Positions 30,065-32,000 of a DNA stretch of 32,000 nt are shown here, one piece after another. How positions within the stretch are numbered: position 1 is the first letter of the stretch; each line of letters begins with the position of its first letter. A model generated the notes under the pieces. The model saw only the letters and a list, made by a program, of their open reading frames with translations. It did no database searches and had not been told where the DNA came from. The translations under genes and the position numbers were made by a program. Location: positions 720,001 through 752,000 of the forward strand of contig NC_007181.1 in NCBI RefSeq assembly GCF_000012285.1, written 5' to 3'. The stretch is from Sulfolobus acidocaldarius DSM 639. GTDB taxonomy: Archaea > Thermoproteota > Thermoprotei_A > Sulfolobales > Sulfolobaceae.

Positions 30065-30425
30065 CAATTATGTTGTATATATTGCGGTCATTCCCCCTTT
30101 AATTACTCATGGGGAGATTATTCAAAAACTAAGTAGTTCAATGGATATTCAGGATGCATGTAGGGGTTATTCTAAAGCAATGTGTTATTGTATGGTATAT
30201 GGTGGTATTGTTGTTGAGTTCGAGAACGGGGAATTTACTCACATTACAGTTGAGGGTTTTGTTAGCAATGGTAGTAATGGGGATGTATTTACTTTGAATA
30301 AGTTTTTGCAGAATCCATACTCATGCTACGCCTTTAACGAGGATGTATTATGTTTCTCGTTATCTAAACCATTTGGTTCCTCTAGGTTTATAGATAATAT
30401 TGGTTTAAGATATATTATTGATTAG
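30024..30425 (+). CDS. hypothetical Cys-rich protein (about 130 aa)
   Basis: Overlaps the DHPS-like 3' end by 41 nt (29 nt if it starts at the MPTVIK ATG, 30036). Its stop overlaps the convergent PTPS stop by 4 nt. Six Cys, including CRGYSKAMCYC. Confidence 0.45.
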   Translation: MLISMPTVIKRNTDNYVVYIAVIPPLITHGEIIQKLSSSMDIQDACRGYSKAMCYCMVYGGIVVEFENGEFTHITVEGFVSNGSNGDVFTLNKFLQNPYSCYAFNEDVLCFSLSKPFGSSRFIDNIGLRYIID

Positions 30426-30841
30426 GGGTATTCTATTAGTGCGTAGCTATTTTCTCCCTCGTAAATCTTTACTCTTACCTTGAATTTTTTCTCTAATTTT
30501 TCATAAATATCTTTAGCAATTTCTGAGCCAATGTATTCCACTGTGGGGAAATCTTCCTCTATGATCTTGTATTCCACTTTAAAAGGTCCCTTTAACTCTA
30601 TCTTCCTAGCATCTCTAGAGGGGATAATGAGTTTATGATCCCATTCCCTAATTACTTCATGAATTATTTTGGTCAGAATCATAAAGTCTATTACAAATCC
30701 TGAATTTTTATCTACATCCTGTCCTTCAATCTCTACTGATAGTTTATATGTATGCCCATGAATTTGATCATTACCTTTCGATGAAAGTGTGTAATGCGCA
30801 GAGTCGAATGAAAAGCCTTCAACTCCTATTACTACTTTCAT
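30422..30841 (-). CDS. 6-pyruvoyl-tetrahydropterin synthase / QueD (COG0720) family protein, cysteine-free variant
   Basis: FSFDSAHY...HGHTY zinc-His triad, and a size of 139 aa. The sequence contains no Cys at all. Confidence 0.82.
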   Translation of the reverse strand: MKVVIGVEGFSFDSAHYTLSSKGNDQIHGHTYKLSVEIEGQDVDKNSGFVIDFMILTKIIHEVIREWDHKLIIPSRDARKIELKGPFKVEYKIIEEDFPTVEYIGSEIAKDIYEKLEKKFKVRVKIYEGENSYALIEYP

Positions 30842-31328
30842 TTAAGACCCTCCTAATGTTTTTATTAAAATGTTCCCATAAAGATTCACTTAAATATCTG
30901 ATCTCGTCGCATAAAGATATTATGTTCTTATCTTTCTTTATACTATCTATGACCTGAGATAGTGAAATAATTTCTTGAAACTTTCCTGTTGCTAAAACTT
31001 TATCTTCAAATTTTAGTGAATCATGACCAATAATATAATCTTTACCATTTTCTATAGAATTATATATTGAATAAGTTAGTTCTTCTATGTTAACATTAAA
31101 GCTATTTACCTTATCATGTATCTCCCTTTCCAATGTGTCAATCTTCTCTTCAATTAAGGACTTGAGGGAATCCAATATTTCAATCTGTTCTTTAAAAGAT
31201 TCTATGTTCAGAAGATTACTGTATTTGGAGTTTTTAATGCACTCAGTCCCGCAAGGTATATCTATTTCTACTATTTTTAACTTCTCTTTTGGTTGAGCAT
31301 TAAGATAGTCGCTAATTATATTATTCAT
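30819..31328 (-). CDS. hypothetical coiled-coil protein
   Basis: The ORF overlaps the PTPS start by 23 nt on the same strand. ATG 31328 (MNNIISDY) is preferred over TTG 31349. The central heptad-like stretch is EQIEILDSLKSLIEEKIDTLEREIHDK. Confidence 0.45.
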   Translation of the reverse strand: MNNIISDYLNAQPKEKLKIVEIDIPCGTECIKNSKYSNLLNIESFKEQIEILDSLKSLIEEKIDTLEREIHDKVNSFNVNIEELTYSIYNSIENGKDYIIGHDSLKFEDKVLATGKFQEIISLSQVIDSIKKDKNIISLCDEIRYLSESLWEHFNKNIRRVLNESSNRS

Positions 31329-31343
31329 ATGTAATAATAAGTC

Positions 31344-31817
31344 ATGCAAGTAATAAGTATGAACTCACTCTTAAGTCTGGTTAGAGATTTTTGTTCAAGT
31401 ATAATTGACCATTATGGAAAGGATGTCAAAGGCATACTTATTGCGGGAGACGCATTAGAAAAGATGGATGAGGATTTAGAGATTTACATTATAGTGGTGA
31501 TAAGTAAATTGAGAAGAGTGTCGTTTTTGGCTAGGCAAGAGATAATAGAGTATTTTATAAACAAGTTGAAAAATAATCCACTATATAAAGAGTATATACT
31601 ATCTTATGGTCATAGACCATTGATCTACTCAATACTGGTTGATCCTGATGAGCTAGACTATAATATGCCGATAGTATTGTATGCTATGACAAGAGGTAAG
31701 ATATTATTAGATACAGATAATAAGATAAAGAATTTACTTCCTGAAAAAATTAGTATAATTGGAAAGAGTGTAATGAAAGTTGAAGACATAGATAAGGGTA
31801 AGGTGGTTGATCTATGA
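31344..31817 (+). CDS. minimal nucleotidyltransferase (MNT)-like protein, degenerate motif
   Basis: GILIAGDALEKMDEDLEIYIIV sits where the MNT G[SG]-x9-12-D.D strand motif would be. It lies immediately upstream of, and overlaps (ATGA), a HEPN ORF. ATG 31359 is an alternative start. Confidence 0.5.
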   Translation: MQVISMNSLLSLVRDFCSSIIDHYGKDVKGILIAGDALEKMDEDLEIYIIVVISKLRRVSFLARQEIIEYFINKLKNNPLYKEYILSYGHRPLIYSILVDPDELDYNMPIVLYAMTRGKILLDTDNKIKNLLPEKISIIGKSVMKVEDIDKGKVVDL

Positions 31818-32000
31818 ACAACAGTTCGTTAGCATCGGAATTTCTTACCAGGTCATTTAGGGATCTATCAGATTGTAAGAAGGCTTTTGAAGAAGGAGAT
31901 TTACTAGGTTCTCTGAGACGAATGTACGAATTAGTAGAAAATATTAGCTTTAGCATGTTAGTATTATATGGCTTTTACTACAAAGGATCTCATAAGGCTC
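31814..32000 (+). CDS. HEPN-domain protein, 3' end outside the window (not in the ORF track)
   Basis: Own translation: MNNSSLASEFLTRSFRDLSDCKKAFEEGDLLGSLRRMYELVENISFSMLVLYGFYYKGSHKA... This fits the HEPN N-terminal helix pattern. The R-x4-6-H motif would lie beyond the window. Confidence 0.55.
   Translation, partial: MNNSSLASEFLTRSFRDLSDCKKAFEEGDLLGSLRRMYELVENISFSMLVLYGFYYKGSHKA

Overview
Visibly AT-rich, very densely coding chromosomal segment, with about 40 genes on both strands and mostly short intergenic gaps. It is from a Sulfolobales-type crenarchaeon. MCM, RFC and Orc1/Cdc6 read like Sulfolobaceae orthologues, but the species cannot be resolved without a database search. All product calls come from motif and family recognition by eye.

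Content, left to right:
- carS (partial), then a replication island: mcm and gins23 (overlapping), a THUMP protein, orc1/cdc6 (the cdc6-2 paralogue by synteny), a small wHTH, moaC, and RFC large and small subunits.
- PEBP, catalytic proteasome beta subunit, and a signature amidase.
- A zinc-ADH-family reductase (acryloyl-CoA-reductase-like) followed by two unknown genes.
- Uroporphyrinogen-III methyltransferase and an unlisted 47-aa YHS/TRASH metal-binding ORF.
- A molybdo-hydroxylase accessory set (FAD subunit, 2Fe-2S subunit, MocA/MobA-like, CoxG) with no catalytic large subunit.
- A GTPBP1-like EF1A-paralogue GTPase head-to-head with a ZPR1 zinc-finger protein.
- Hsp20, then methylmalonyl-CoA epimerase and the mutase large subunit (divergent).
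- Purine PRTase plus an alkaline-phosphatase-superfamily enzyme.
- A CrtI-like flavoprotein and a membrane-anchored tandem AAA+ ATPase.
- IMPase-family phosphatase and thioredoxin reductase.
- A pterin locus: a DHPS-like protein and a cysteine-free PTPS/QueD-family protein, with two unknown ORFs.
- An MNT-HEPN pair running off the 3' end.

I found no rRNA, tRNA, CRISPR array, transposase, integrase or long repeat. I cannot demonstrate a self-contained novel system here, and most of the window is core housekeeping genome.

The leads most worth a second look:
- The ZPR1 / EF1A-paralogue divergent pair.
- The TM-anchored double-AAA ATPase.
- The Cys-less PTPS next to the DHPS-like gene, with its tightly overlapping unknown ORFs.
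- The two-gene unknown cassette at 12.2-13.3 kb.
- A wHTH whose first helix is encoded upstream of any canonical start codon.
- The catalytic-subunit-less cox-like cluster with the YHS/TRASH mini-ORF.
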